From positions 69,939 through 133,938 of the forward strand of contig JBPOIT010000002.1 in NCBI GenBank assembly GCA_052034235.1: a DNA stretch of 64,000 nucleotides, read 5' to 3'. Source of the DNA: Candidatus Levyibacteriota bacterium (GTDB taxonomy: Bacteria > Patescibacteriota > Microgenomatia > Levybacterales > UBA12049). A program made the translations under genes and the position numbers. Within the stretch, counting starts at the first letter, position 1; the number at the start of each line of letters is the position of its first letter. Positions 18,335 to 28,722 of the stretch are shown piece after piece. Under the pieces are notes generated by a model. That model did no database searches. It was given only the letters and a program-made list of their open reading frames with translations, and was not told the DNA's origin.

Positions 18335-19261
18335 ATGAAGAAATTGTTGATTATTGATGGGAATGCTATTCTTCACCGTGCATATCATGCGTATCCACCT
18401 CTTACTAATCCCAAAGGAGATGTTATTAATGCAGTTTATGGATTTTTCTCCATGCTTCTTACCATTCTGCAGGATCAAAAGCCTGATTATTTAGTTGTTT
18501 GTTTTGATCGCGGCAAGCCTACTCTTCGTCAAACCATGTATGCAGGATATCATGCACATAGACCCAAAATGGCTGATGATTTTGTTTTTCAGGTGAAGCT
18601 TGTTGATGAGATTGTTGAGAAGATGAATATTGCGGTGTTTGCAATGGAAGGGTATGAGGCTGATGATCTTATTGGTACGATTGCGAAAAAAGTTGTTGAT
18701 GATCATGGCAAAGAAGTGATTATTGTGACAGGGGATCGGGATTTACTGCAGCTTGTGAATCCTCACGTGTCTATCCTCATGCCGCTTAATGGTCTCACCA
18801 AAACTGCGCTTTTTGATGAAGAGGCAGTGGAAGCAAAATACGGAGTGCATCCGAGGCAGTTTATTGACTATAAAGCACTTATCGGTGATCAATCTGATGG
18901 TTATCCTGGTGTGACAGGTATTGGTCCGAAAAGTGCTGCCAAACTGCTTCAGGAATACGGGACATTTGAAAACCTATATCTGAAAGTGAATGAATTGCCT
19001 CCCAAAGTCGGTCTGAAACTAGCAACGGATGCAGAACAGGCGAGTTTGGCCAAACAATTGGCAACAATCATGACTGATATACCTCTCCAGTTTGATCTCA
19101 AAAAAAGTGAGTGCTCCAATTTTGATCTAAAAGCGCTTCGAAAAGCGTTTAGAGAACAAGGCTTTACCAGTCTGTTGGGACGTCTTGATCTCATGTTTGG
19201 GAAAGAAGTTGAACCAGTAGCAGAAGAAATAAAATCTTCTGATCAACTTGAACTTCTATGA
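18335..19261 (+). CDS. Stand-alone 5'-3' exonuclease (FEN/Pol I N-terminal domain-like)
   Basis: MKKLLIIDGNAILHRAYHA..., TGDRDLLQL, and an HhH region with GVTGIGPKSAAKLL. Confidence 0.8.
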   Translation: MKKLLIIDGNAILHRAYHAYPPLTNPKGDVINAVYGFFSMLLTILQDQKPDYLVVCFDRGKPTLRQTMYAGYHAHRPKMADDFVFQVKLVDEIVEKMNIAVFAMEGYEADDLIGTIAKKVVDDHGKEVIIVTGDRDLLQLVNPHVSILMPLNGLTKTALFDEEAVEAKYGVHPRQFIDYKALIGDQSDGYPGVTGIGPKSAAKLLQEYGTFENLYLKVNELPPKVGLKLATDAEQASLAKQLATIMTDIPLQFDLKKSECSNFDLKALRKAFREQGFTSLLGRLDLMFGKEVEPVAEEIKSSDQLELL

Positions 19262-19911
19262 AAATCCCAAAACACATAAAAGCAGTTATTTTTGATATGG
19301 ATGGACTGCTTATTGATTCAGAACCATATTGGCGTCAAACCACTGAAGCATATTTTGCAAAACACAACAAACCGTTTTCAGACGAAGTACATCGTCATAT
19401 CATGGGCAGAGGCCTTCGTGACATCATTGAATATTTCAAAAGCGAGTGGGGTTTTGAGGGGGATACGGATGCCATGATTGTTGAGCGAAAAGAACTTTTA
19501 TATACGTATCTCTTGGAAAATTTAACACTCATGGAAGGTGCAGAAGAGCTTATCAGAGCGCTTCATGAAAAAAGCATACCTCTCGCCATTGCAACAAGCG
19601 GTCATTCTGTTGAAAAGACAAAACAAATTGTGCAGAAGTTTGATTTAGAAAAATGCTTTACACTTTTTGTCTCGGGTGATGATGTCCCCAATGCGAAGCC
19701 CTCGCCAGATATCTATCTCAAAACCGCAAAGTTACTCAAAATCAGTCCATCAGATTGCCTGGTCTTTGAAGATGCTCCTAATGGCGTAAAGGCTGGAAAA
19801 GCTGCTGGTATGCTCGTATATGGTATAAATAGTGAAGAGGAAATCGGTAACAAACTCAAAAAAGAACATGCAGATTATATTGCTAAATCACTAACTGAGA
19901 TTGAAGTATGA
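19258..19911 (+). CDS. HAD-IA family phosphatase (beta-phosphoglucomutase-like)
   Basis: AVIFDMDGLLIDSE (DxDG), ...SG... and GDDVPNAKP...FEDAPNGVKAG motifs. Confidence 0.75.
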   Translation: MKIPKHIKAVIFDMDGLLIDSEPYWRQTTEAYFAKHNKPFSDEVHRHIMGRGLRDIIEYFKSEWGFEGDTDAMIVERKELLYTYLLENLTLMEGAEELIRALHEKSIPLAIATSGHSVEKTKQIVQKFDLEKCFTLFVSGDDVPNAKPSPDIYLKTAKLLKISPSDCLVFEDAPNGVKAGKAAGMLVYGINSEEEIGNKLKKEHADYIAKSLTEIEV

Positions 19912-21032
19912 AAGTTGCACTTGTCCATGATTACATAAAAGAGTACGGGGGGGCTGAGCGGGTGCTTGAGGCTTTGATTGAGGCATTTCCTGATGCGCCT
20001 ATCTATACTGCGTTTTACAAAGAAGGATCAGAAGCCCACGAGCGTTTTAAGCATAAAACAATTATTCCTTCCTGGGTGCAGCAGATTCCTGGTTTTGATA
20101 CCAAACTTCATAGCCCGCTCAGGTTTTTGGCACCTCGCATTTGGAATAGTTTTGACTTTTCTGCATATGATGTAGTAATTACTTCTGCATCTTGGTATGT
20201 CACAAAGGGTATTAAGAACAAGGGTAAAGCAATTGAGATTTGTTATTGTCACACACCGCCGCGCTGGTTGTATGGGTACAAAACTTCAGTTGAATGGCAG
20301 AAGTTTTGGCCGATAAAGATCTATGGCAATGTCGTTGGACACATTATGCGTCAATATGACTTTGATGCTGCTCAGCGCGTGGATCATTTCATCGCCAATT
20401 CAAAAGAAGTGCAGGCGAGGATTAAAAAGTTTTATAGAAGGGATGCAACTGTGATTTATCCACCGGTGAGTTTGCCAGCGGAAGCAAAAACTAAGAATAA
20501 AGAAGCAAGAGGCTATTATTTTATTGTGTCCCGTATTGTTGGAGCAAAAGGGATTGATATGGCAATTGAAGCTGCTCGAAAGCTTGGATTCAAACTCAAA
20601 ATAGCAGGTGCATCAGCTGGCTACTATACTGGTCTAAAAGATATGCAGGAAACTGCACCTGACAATGTTGAATTCTTAGGACGGGTTTCGGATGAAGAAC
20701 TGGTAAATCTGTATGCAGGTGCAAAAGCTTTTATCGCAACCGCGACTGATGAAGATTTCGGTATCACACCCGTTGAATCAATGCTTTGCGGCACACCAGT
20801 GATTGCGTATTATGGCGGAGGATTTAAAGAAACAGTCATTGAAGGCAAAACAGGTATTTTCTTCCGCGAATCAAACCCAGATGCACTCGCTGCAGCAATA
20901 AAACAGTTTCAGAAGTTAAAACTTGATCCCAAGGATTGTGAACACCAAGCAGAGAAGTTTTCAAAAGAGCGATTTATAAAAGAGATAAAAGCTTTTGTGA
21001 AGGAGAAGTATGCCGGAACTACCAGAAGTTGA
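19908..21032 (+). CDS. Glycosyltransferase family 4
   Basis: C-terminal EDFGITPVESMLCGTPVIAY (E-x7-E-like GT4 motif). Confidence 0.75.
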   Translation: MKVALVHDYIKEYGGAERVLEALIEAFPDAPIYTAFYKEGSEAHERFKHKTIIPSWVQQIPGFDTKLHSPLRFLAPRIWNSFDFSAYDVVITSASWYVTKGIKNKGKAIEICYCHTPPRWLYGYKTSVEWQKFWPIKIYGNVVGHIMRQYDFDAAQRVDHFIANSKEVQARIKKFYRRDATVIYPPVSLPAEAKTKNKEARGYYFIVSRIVGAKGIDMAIEAARKLGFKLKIAGASAGYYTGLKDMQETAPDNVEFLGRVSDEELVNLYAGAKAFIATATDEDFGITPVESMLCGTPVIAYYGGGFKETVIEGKTGIFFRESNPDALAAAIKQFQKLKLDPKDCEHQAEKFSKERFIKEIKAFVKEKYAGTTRS

Positions 21033-21849
21033 AACAATTCGTAAAGGACTACAAACACACCTCGTTGGTCACAAAATTGAAGATGTCATCATCAATTTAC
21101 CCAAGCAGCTCAGTGGTGATTCCAAATATATTATTGACACCAAAATACGTGAGGTTAAGAGATTTGGGAAGGGACTCGTGATTGATCTTGAAAATGGTTA
21201 CAGTATTACGATTCACGTCAAAATGACCGGTCAAATGTTGTATAAAGCTGAGGGGACAGTTTCAGGTAAGGAAAAAATAGACATACTGAGTTTGCCTGAT
21301 AAATACACACATGTCATTTTTAAGCTGGATCGGGGCGCTGAATTATTGTATAGAGATGTTAGGCAATTTGGGTGGATAAAGATCGTTAAAAGTGATTCTG
21401 TGGCCTCTCAGCCATATTTCAAAAGTCTGGGGCGAGAGCCGTTAAAAGATTTAACGCTTAATCATTTTTCTACAATTCTTGAGAAAAGAAAAACACCAAT
21501 TAAAATCCTCCTTATGGATCAGAATCAAATTGCAGGCATCGGCAATATTTATGCAAATGATGCTCTCTATCTGGCAGGAATTCTTCCCACACGTCCGGCA
21601 AATTCGTTACAAAAAAAAGAGCAGCAGAAACTATTTGAGTCTATCGAAGCAGTTCTCCAAAAGGGAATTAGTGTCGGCGGAGCATCAGAATGGTCTTACG
21701 TCGACGCCTTAGGAAAAGCCGGAAAATACCAAGATTTTTTCAAAGTCTACAGAAAACAAGGCACAAGCTGCACAAAATGCGGAACAACAATCGAAACTAT
21801 CAAACTGGGAGGCCGGGGAACCTTCTTCTGCCCAAAATGTCAAAAATAA
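21010..21849 (+). CDS. mutM: Formamidopyrimidine-DNA glycosylase (Fpg/MutM, or Nei family)
   Basis: N-terminal MPELPEVETIRKGL; C-terminal zinc finger CTKCGTTIETIKLGGRGTFFCPKCQ. Confidence 0.85.
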   Translation: MPELPEVETIRKGLQTHLVGHKIEDVIINLPKQLSGDSKYIIDTKIREVKRFGKGLVIDLENGYSITIHVKMTGQMLYKAEGTVSGKEKIDILSLPDKYTHVIFKLDRGAELLYRDVRQFGWIKIVKSDSVASQPYFKSLGREPLKDLTLNHFSTILEKRKTPIKILLMDQNQIAGIGNIYANDALYLAGILPTRPANSLQKKEQQKLFESIEAVLQKGISVGGASEWSYVDALGKAGKYQDFFKVYRKQGTSCTKCGTTIETIKLGGRGTFFCPKCQK

Positions 21850-21850
21850 T

Positions 21851-23170
21851 CTAATGAGATGTGTAAACATGTGGCCATAACTTTTGAATAGTATCATACC
21901 CCTTGCCTGTATAAACTTTTATGCAATACTTTTTGCTTACCTTATGAGGCAAACCTAAAAATTCAATAATCGCGTGTTCATCGCTGTTGAGTTCTTTTGG
22001 ACCATGCCAATAAGAAGTTATACCCTTGGTGTACATTTTCTCAGCAAGCTTGTATACAGAGTAGTACCCAAGGTTTCGGAGTGTTTTATTGACAGGAACT
22101 ACAACTGCATTGAGTCCAGCAACCGTGTGATTATTTCTTGATGCAACAACGACACCTAATAGTTCTCCTTTGGTCACGTTGTCATGCTCATTTCTTGCCC
22201 GGATTGCGCACGCAAAGTAATCTTGGTTTTGTTTTCCAGGAGGTCTTTCAGTTAAAGGTTTTGCGATTGTATTTATAAGATAAACAGGATCTATTTCGGT
22301 GATTCCCCTGCGTTCTAGCCGTTCCAATTTCGATAGAGCCCATTTACGAGCAATAAAATTAGCTTCTTGTAGATCAAATTGCCAATCTTCGCAGTATACA
22401 ATTTTATTGAGTTTTTTTACCAATGTTACTGCTTTTGGTTTTTTATGTATACCTTGATGGATACCCGTTTTGACCAATGACTTCACTTTTCGAATATCAT
22501 ATGAGAGAGCAGGAAAGTTTTCTTCAGCAGTAATTGTTGAAACATCCTTATCAAGTTCTACAATGCTGTTTTCTGCTTTGACATTAAGTGCATATGTTAT
22601 TTGTTTACTGAGGCCTTTAACCACTAATGGGAAATTTCTTAGCGAATGATTCTTAGAAATTTCATGAATTTCACTAATCATACGTCTGATGATGGGGAGT
22701 TCATCACCGCTTAAGTAATAGGGAATGGCTACTAGGCAAATGGGAGCATTTGTATTAAATGTGACTGGAATAAAAGAGTCGGTCTCCTCATCGTGGTAAG
22801 TAAAAAGAACACCGTTACGAAGATTTGTTCTGGCAAAAATATAGTTATTACCATGAGTATCACTTTTGGTATCAGTGTAAGGAATTTTATGATTTTTATT
22901 ATATATTTCTGGATGAAGAGGGTTATATTGCTCTAAGGTTAGAAATTTGCTTGATCTGAATATTGGATGTTTTCCAAGGAGTAACTGTTTAAATGACGTT
23001 AGTTCAGATTTATAATATTTTGACAAATTTGTCGGAAGTGTTTCAAAAACCGTGGAAGTTTTGAGTAAGTCTGCTCGCGCTTTCATTGACAAAGGAGGAT
23101 TGGGTAGAAGCACACTTCGAGCAAAATCAAGGATTTCGTTTAATATTCTGATGTCTACTACTTTAGTCAT
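21851..23170 (-). CDS. Hypothetical 439-aa protein
   Basis: Long ORF, no family recognised; co-directional with the downstream TrmB-like regulator. Confidence 0.45.
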   Translation of the reverse strand: MTKVVDIRILNEILDFARSVLLPNPPLSMKARADLLKTSTVFETLPTNLSKYYKSELTSFKQLLLGKHPIFRSSKFLTLEQYNPLHPEIYNKNHKIPYTDTKSDTHGNNYIFARTNLRNGVLFTYHDEETDSFIPVTFNTNAPICLVAIPYYLSGDELPIIRRMISEIHEISKNHSLRNFPLVVKGLSKQITYALNVKAENSIVELDKDVSTITAEENFPALSYDIRKVKSLVKTGIHQGIHKKPKAVTLVKKLNKIVYCEDWQFDLQEANFIARKWALSKLERLERRGITEIDPVYLINTIAKPLTERPPGKQNQDYFACAIRARNEHDNVTKGELLGVVVASRNNHTVAGLNAVVVPVNKTLRNLGYYSVYKLAEKMYTKGITSYWHGPKELNSDEHAIIEFLGLPHKVSKKYCIKVYTGKGYDTIQKLWPHVYTSH

Positions 23171-23173
23171 AGT

Positions 23174-23932
23174 TTATTCAGGTAATATTTTCCAAATGAA
23201 ATCAAAGAGCAGTCGAAGATTATTATAAAGATCAGTGTTGCGAAGTATAACACCATGGATATCATCCTTAAGGTTTATGATTCCTACTTTTCCCTCAAAT
23301 ATTAAAATATCTTGTGCTGTTAGTTTCATGTCTGGGGGTAAAATCTTATGAAAGTGCATTTTATCGGAGGTTTGTGTGCGTGTTTTTGAACGAGGTGAGT
23401 TTTCGACTATTTCAAATATTTTAAGTTGGGGATTTGCTTTGAATGCTGCATCAAATAATCTGAAGTTTTCAGGAAAGACTTCCTGAATTGCTGATAAATT
23501 TACATAAGAACGCATTTCGTTTGCTGTTAAAGCATCTTCATAGATTTTTCTAACTCCGTTCTTGCCTTTATAATACCGAATTTCTGAATCATTAGTGTCT
23601 ATCTGTTCAGGAAGTGAGGAAGTTATTGTCTGCAAGATAGAGGGGAAAGTTTGCTCAACAAGTTTGGCGGAGGCTACTTTTTGTTCGACTAAATGTTGGA
23701 GAGATTCTGGAGGATTTGCTGCTACTTGTTTTTTTGAACCTTTTACTAATTTCATTATGAGGCCTTTTTCGACGAGTTGGTCAATATAGAAGTAGGCGGT
23801 GGTGCGTTTGATTTCGATTGTTTCTGCAAGTTCACGTACACTTGTAGAGCCGTGTTGTAGCAAAGTTAAGTACAACTTTGCCTCGATTTCGGAGAGTTCT
23901 AGTTCTTTTAGAAACTTTAGGATGTTTTCCAT
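23174..23932 (-). CDS. TrmB-family transcriptional regulator
   Basis: N-terminal wHTH LELSEIEAKLYLTLLQHGSTSVRELAETIEIKRTTAYFYIDQLVEKGLI. Confidence 0.65.
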   Translation of the reverse strand: MENILKFLKELELSEIEAKLYLTLLQHGSTSVRELAETIEIKRTTAYFYIDQLVEKGLIMKLVKGSKKQVAANPPESLQHLVEQKVASAKLVEQTFPSILQTITSSLPEQIDTNDSEIRYYKGKNGVRKIYEDALTANEMRSYVNLSAIQEVFPENFRLFDAAFKANPQLKIFEIVENSPRSKTRTQTSDKMHFHKILPPDMKLTAQDILIFEGKVGIINLKDDIHGVILRNTDLYNNLRLLFDFIWKILPE

Positions 23933-24013
23933 GGTTCTAAATGCCTATTATATCATAGTGTTGGTGTTTTGTAGTACCAAAATCCCAATAGTTGTCAAAA
24001 AAAGACGACATAG

Positions 24014-24042
24014 CTTGACAATTGGGGAAAAACAGTTTAGAA
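24014..24042 (+). promoter_or_regulatory. Sigma-70-like promoter (TTGACA-N17-TAGAAT) upstream of pyrH
   Basis: TTGACA at 24014-24019, 17-nt spacer, TAGAAT at 24037-24042; about 85 nt upstream of ATG 24128. Confidence 0.45.
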
Positions 24043-24127
24043 TCGTTGAGATGAAGGATAAAAGCTTATCCTTTGTCCGTGTACTTACTTTATGTTATGA
24101 TAAAAGATAATCATAAAGTTTCAAGTT

Positions 24128-24841
24128 ATGGGTAATCGTTTTGGTCGTGAGAGAATAATTATATCAGTCGGAGGTTCGCTCATTATCCCCAATGGAGGGA
24201 TAAATACGACGTTTCTCAAGCAATTGAACGATTTTATTAGAAACCAACTGGCGCAAGATCCCAAGCGTCAGTTTTTTTTAATTATAGGGGGTGGAGCCAC
24301 AGCAAGACATTATCGTGACGCAGGACATGATGTTGTCGGTCACGAACTAACTCCAGACGATCTTGACTGGCTAGGAATCCACGCTACCCGTTTAAACGCC
24401 CATCTTGTAAGAACTATTTTCCGCGATATAGCACATCCCAAAATCATTTCCGATTACGACATAATCCAAAAAGCATCTGAAGCTGTTATCGTTGCAGCAG
24501 GGTATAAGCCTGGCTGGTCAACTGATTATTGTGCAACTTTGCTTTGTGAAGATTACGGTGTCAGCCACGTTATCAACCTCAGTAATATCACCAAAGTTTA
24601 CGATAAAGATCCCAACAAATATAACGACGCAACTCCGATTGATAAAATCTCATGGACTGAATTTCGCAAATTAGTAGGCGATAAGTGGATTCCTGGAATG
24701 AATGCCCCATTTGATCCAATCGCTGCGCAAAAAGCGCAGGAACTTGGTATCAAAGTCGTTGTTATGTCTGGTAATGACTTTGACAACATAGACGCTTATT
24801 TCCACGGTGACGACTTTGTCGGAACAGTTATTGAGTCATAA
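24128..24841 (+). CDS. pyrH: Uridylate (UMP) kinase, archaeal-like type
   Basis: Amino-acid-kinase fold: IIISVGGSLI, LIIGGGATARHY, VIVAAGYKPGWSTD. Confidence 0.75.
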   Translation: MGNRFGRERIIISVGGSLIIPNGGINTTFLKQLNDFIRNQLAQDPKRQFFLIIGGGATARHYRDAGHDVVGHELTPDDLDWLGIHATRLNAHLVRTIFRDIAHPKIISDYDIIQKASEAVIVAAGYKPGWSTDYCATLLCEDYGVSHVINLSNITKVYDKDPNKYNDATPIDKISWTEFRKLVGDKWIPGMNAPFDPIAAQKAQELGIKVVVMSGNDFDNIDAYFHGDDFVGTVIES

Positions 24842-24940
24842 TTTTATCTTCAGGCACCCTTTTCCAAGACGTTTCAATTTGTAAATTGATCAATAGAAAA
24901 AGTGTGCTATAAATGGAACGTGGCAAATGATACAGGGAAA

Positions 24941-25999
24941 ATGATATTACAACACCTATCTCTTCAAAACTTTCGTACCTATTCCAAAGCAGCATTTGAT
25001 TTTGATCCGCAAACAACGGTAATCATTGGTCCAAATGCGATAGGGAAGACAAATCTGCTTGAGGCAATCTATATTGCGGCAACTGGCAAGAGCTTTAAAT
25101 CTGAGAAAGAGGGACAAGTCATTCAGTTTGGGAAGCAGGCATGTCGGGTAAAAGCATCCATTGAAGAAGAGAGTACAACTGAGCTTGAAGTTGTTCTTTC
25201 ACAAGCTGCGACAAACTACCTGCAGCGCAAATATCTTGTGAACGGTGTACCGAAGCGGCGAGTTGATTTTGCTTCGCATATGCAAGTTGTCCTTTTTACG
25301 CCGCTTGATTTAGATATTGTTTCAGGTCAGCCTTCATCACGGAGAAATTACCTTAACGAAATCCTCGAGCAAATAGATCCTGAATACAGACTTGCGTTTG
25401 GACAATACACCAAGGCACTTCGTCAGCGAAATGCATTACTTGAACAAGCTCAGGAGGGCGGCTATCGAGACGAAGAGCGGTTTGCGTATTGGGATGAATT
25501 GTTAATCTCCAATGGCCAACTGATTACCGATCGGCGAGAAGAGCTTATAGAATACATCAATGCAGGCGAAAAACACCTCTTTCCATTCACCCTGGAGTAT
25601 GACAAGAGCTTGATCTCAGAGGAGCGTCTTGGCCAGTATCGTCATGCTGAAATTGGAGCCGGAGTAACACTCGTCGGGCCGCAGCGTGATGATGTGTTGA
25701 TAAAAGCTTCTCAAAAAGGTTCAAAGACGCTTGAAGCTGTAAAACATTTTTGTTCAAGAGGGCAGCAACGGCTTGTCACACTTGAACTTAAGAAATTGCA
25801 AATTGCATATATAAAAGAACAGGCTGGAGCTGAACCGCTTCTTTTACTTGATGATATTTTCTCAGAACTGGATGCGGCACATATCGAGCTTGTGTTAAAA
25901 CTTATTGGGAAAAATCAAACGATACTGACAACCACACATAAAGAATTTGTCTCTGAAAATATGCCCGAGAAGCCTCATATGATAGAATTGAATCAATAA
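24941..25999 (+). CDS. recF: DNA replication and repair protein RecF
   Basis: MILQHLSLQNFRTY...IIGPNAIGKTNLLEAIY Walker A; C-terminal LLLDDIFSELD. Confidence 0.85.
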   Translation: MILQHLSLQNFRTYSKAAFDFDPQTTVIIGPNAIGKTNLLEAIYIAATGKSFKSEKEGQVIQFGKQACRVKASIEEESTTELEVVLSQAATNYLQRKYLVNGVPKRRVDFASHMQVVLFTPLDLDIVSGQPSSRRNYLNEILEQIDPEYRLAFGQYTKALRQRNALLEQAQEGGYRDEERFAYWDELLISNGQLITDRREELIEYINAGEKHLFPFTLEYDKSLISEERLGQYRHAEIGAGVTLVGPQRDDVLIKASQKGSKTLEAVKHFCSRGQQRLVTLELKKLQIAYIKEQAGAEPLLLLDDIFSELDAAHIELVLKLIGKNQTILTTTHKEFVSENMPEKPHMIELNQ

Positions 26000-26001
26000 G
26001 T

Positions 26002-26883
26002 ATGGAGACATTTAATCCAGACATTCTCAAACAACTTTATGTCCCGCCGCCAAGTTCACATAAAGGCCAAAATGGAAAACTGATGGTAATTGGTGGTTCA
26101 CATTTATTTCATGCCGCATCGCTTTGGGCTTTAACGATGGCCTCACGAATTGTTGATATGGTTTTCTATTCATCAGTTCCGGAAAATAATGAAATTGTCC
26201 AAAATACAAAAAAGGAATTTGGAGACGGTATTGTTGTACCGCGAGTGGATATTGAATCATACATTGAAGAGGCTGATGCGGTTCTTATTGGGCCTGGAAT
26301 GATGAGAGATGAAGGATCTCACAATAAGGATCAAATAATAAGTATTAAAGAAATTAACGAATTACCTCATGAAGGACAGCAAAGTTATCATTTAACAAAA
26401 TATTTGCTCGCAAACTATCCGCAGAAAAAATGGGTGATTGATGCGGGAGCACTGCAGATGATTGATTTATCATGGCTTAAGAAACTTGAGCAGCCCGCAA
26501 TTTTGACACCACACCAGGGAGAATTTGAACGGGTTTTTGGGACTTCGGGGGATGAACAAAAAGTTTCTGCCATGGCCAAAAAATACAACAGTATTATTCT
26601 TCTGAAAGGTGAATTTGATATTGTTTGCGGACCAGATCGTTGTCTGCAAATTACCGGAGGCAATGCAGGTATGACAAAAGGTGGAACAGGTGACGTTTTA
26701 GCGGGATTAGTTGGTGGTTTGGCTACAAAAAATGAGCAATTTCTTTCAGCCGCAGCTGGTGCATATTTTAATAAAAAAGCAGGTGAAGCATTATTTGAAC
26801 GTGTTGGTTTTTATTACAATGCCTCAGATTTGGCGAGTGAAATACCTGTGGTTATGAAAAAGGAGTTAGGAATTACCTCATGA
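26002..26883 (+). CDS. ADP/ATP-dependent NAD(P)H-hydrate dehydratase (YjeF C-terminal/Nnr2 family)
   Basis: HKGQNGKLMVIGGS...GPG...TGGNAGMTKGGTGDVLAG pattern. Confidence 0.7.
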   Translation: METFNPDILKQLYVPPPSSHKGQNGKLMVIGGSHLFHAASLWALTMASRIVDMVFYSSVPENNEIVQNTKKEFGDGIVVPRVDIESYIEEADAVLIGPGMMRDEGSHNKDQIISIKEINELPHEGQQSYHLTKYLLANYPQKKWVIDAGALQMIDLSWLKKLEQPAILTPHQGEFERVFGTSGDEQKVSAMAKKYNSIILLKGEFDIVCGPDRCLQITGGNAGMTKGGTGDVLAGLVGGLATKNEQFLSAAAGAYFNKKAGEALFERVGFYYNASDLASEIPVVMKKELGITS

Positions 26884-27590
26884 GAAAGCTTCAGCCGATT
26901 CACTACGCGCAAATAGCTATAGTCATTATCGTTTATCTTGCAATTATGTGGCTTGCAAGAAAATATATCGTTGACGCCCCGACGCTTATTAATAATCTGA
27001 AAGGTTTTTATGATACATATGGCTATTGGCTGATTCTTGTTGGGGCTATGCTTGAAGGAACATTTATTGTCGGCCTTTATCTGCCAGGCTCGCTTGTCGT
27101 ACTTTTAGGCGCAGCGCTTGCAAAGACTGGTGTTGTTTCTTTTCCGCTGGTTATTCTTATTGCAGTCATAGGATTCAATACTGGTTATACAATCAACTAT
27201 CTTCTGGGCAAATACGGCTGGTATAAGGTTGTTGAAGGACTAGGGTTTAAAAAACAAATTGATCACGCCAAAGCCAAACTTGAAAAGTATGAAGTCATGG
27301 CACTTCTTTTTGGTTATGTTATGCCGAGCTCTGCATCATTTCTTACTACGTCAGCCGGCATCATGCACTTTCCATTCAAAAAGTTTCTAATCGCAAGTCT
27401 TCTTATCCAAACTGGATGGAGTCTCTTGTGGGGCACCCTTGCGTATGTGTTGGGACTGACATTTGTCGAATATTTCATTCAATATTTTGGCTTCATAGTC
27501 ATCATTGGTCTGGCTATTTATTTCTACAAAAAAATGCCTGAAATCCAAGAGGAGTTGAAGGAAGAGGATAAAGCAGAAAAAAAGAAATAG
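26880..27590 (+). CDS. DedA/TVP38-family membrane protein
   Basis: GYWLILVGAMLEGTFIVGLYLPG DedA signature; multiple TM helices. Confidence 0.65.
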   Translation: MRKLQPIHYAQIAIVIIVYLAIMWLARKYIVDAPTLINNLKGFYDTYGYWLILVGAMLEGTFIVGLYLPGSLVVLLGAALAKTGVVSFPLVILIAVIGFNTGYTINYLLGKYGWYKVVEGLGFKKQIDHAKAKLEKYEVMALLFGYVMPSSASFLTTSAGIMHFPFKKFLIASLLIQTGWSLLWGTLAYVLGLTFVEYFIQYFGFIVIIGLAIYFYKKMPEIQEELKEEDKAEKKK

Positions 27591-27657
27591 CCCCGCTTAT
27601 TTCCCTTGTTTTTTCTCGGGAAATGTGTAAGAATTGGATTGTTTTCCGCTCGGAGCT

Positions 27658-28716
27658 ATGTACACACCAAAATATACAATTACCAATACCATACTTCGAA
27701 ATATAGGTGTTATCGAGGCTGCTCGTGAGGTTATAGACCACGCACCGCTTTTACCGTACTACGAAAAAGAATTCCAAAAAGACGCAATGGTTCGTGCAGT
27801 TCATCACGGGACCCACATTGAGGGAAATGAGTTGAATATCGATCAGGCTGAAAAAGTCATTGAGGGTCAGGACGTGATTGGCAGACAGCGTGATATTCAG
27901 GAAGTTATCAATTATCGTAAAGTCATGGAATATATAGGTGAGATCAGAAATATCGAAGCCAAACATGAATTTAAAATTGAGGAGTTATTTATTAAATATC
28001 TTCATAAGCTTACTGTTGATAAAATCCTTGACCTAGACAGATGCGGAACATACAGGCAAACCCAGGTTGTTGTGAAGAATAGTTTAACCGGACAGGTTAC
28101 GTTTACGCCGCCTTTGGCAATAGCAGTGCCACTGCAGCTTGAATCACTGTTGAAATTTATGAATTATGCCAGAGCTGAACATGTACACCCTGTTCTGAAA
28201 AGCGGTATTGTCCATTATGAATTTGTCCGCATCCATCCATTTATTGACGGCAATGGCCGTGTCGCAAGAGCATTATCAACGTTTATCCTGTTTCAGGAAG
28301 GTTACGATATCCGGAAATTCTTTTCACTTGAAGAATATTTTGATTATGATGCTAACAGTTATTATATGGCTCTTCAAAGTGTCGAGCGGAATGAAGGAGA
28401 TGTGACTGAATGGCTTGAATATTTTACGCAGGGATTGGCAATCGAGTTAAATAAAATTAAGGAGAAAATTGAAAAGATATCAGTTGATAGCAATCTCAAA
28501 CAGCGACTGGGTGGTGCGCCAGTATTGCTTTCTGAACGTCAGATTAAGATAATTGAATACATCCAAAAAACAGGATTCCTGCAAAACAGGTCATTTAACT
28601 CAATTTTCCCAATGGTTTCAGAGGATACTGTGCTCAATGAACTCAAATCACTCATAAAGCAGGGCATTGTCAAAAAAACAGGAGCAACCAAAGCCGCCAA
28701 ATACGTAATGGCTTGA
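27658..28716 (+). CDS. Fic/DOC-family protein with C-terminal wHTH
   Basis: Fic motif HPFIDGNGRVARAL (HPFx[DE]GNGR). Confidence 0.85.
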   Translation: MYTPKYTITNTILRNIGVIEAAREVIDHAPLLPYYEKEFQKDAMVRAVHHGTHIEGNELNIDQAEKVIEGQDVIGRQRDIQEVINYRKVMEYIGEIRNIEAKHEFKIEELFIKYLHKLTVDKILDLDRCGTYRQTQVVVKNSLTGQVTFTPPLAIAVPLQLESLLKFMNYARAEHVHPVLKSGIVHYEFVRIHPFIDGNGRVARALSTFILFQEGYDIRKFFSLEEYFDYDANSYYMALQSVERNEGDVTEWLEYFTQGLAIELNKIKEKIEKISVDSNLKQRLGGAPVLLSERQIKIIEYIQKTGFLQNRSFNSIFPMVSEDTVLNELKSLIKQGIVKKTGATKAAKYVMA

Positions 28717-28722
28717 TTTACT

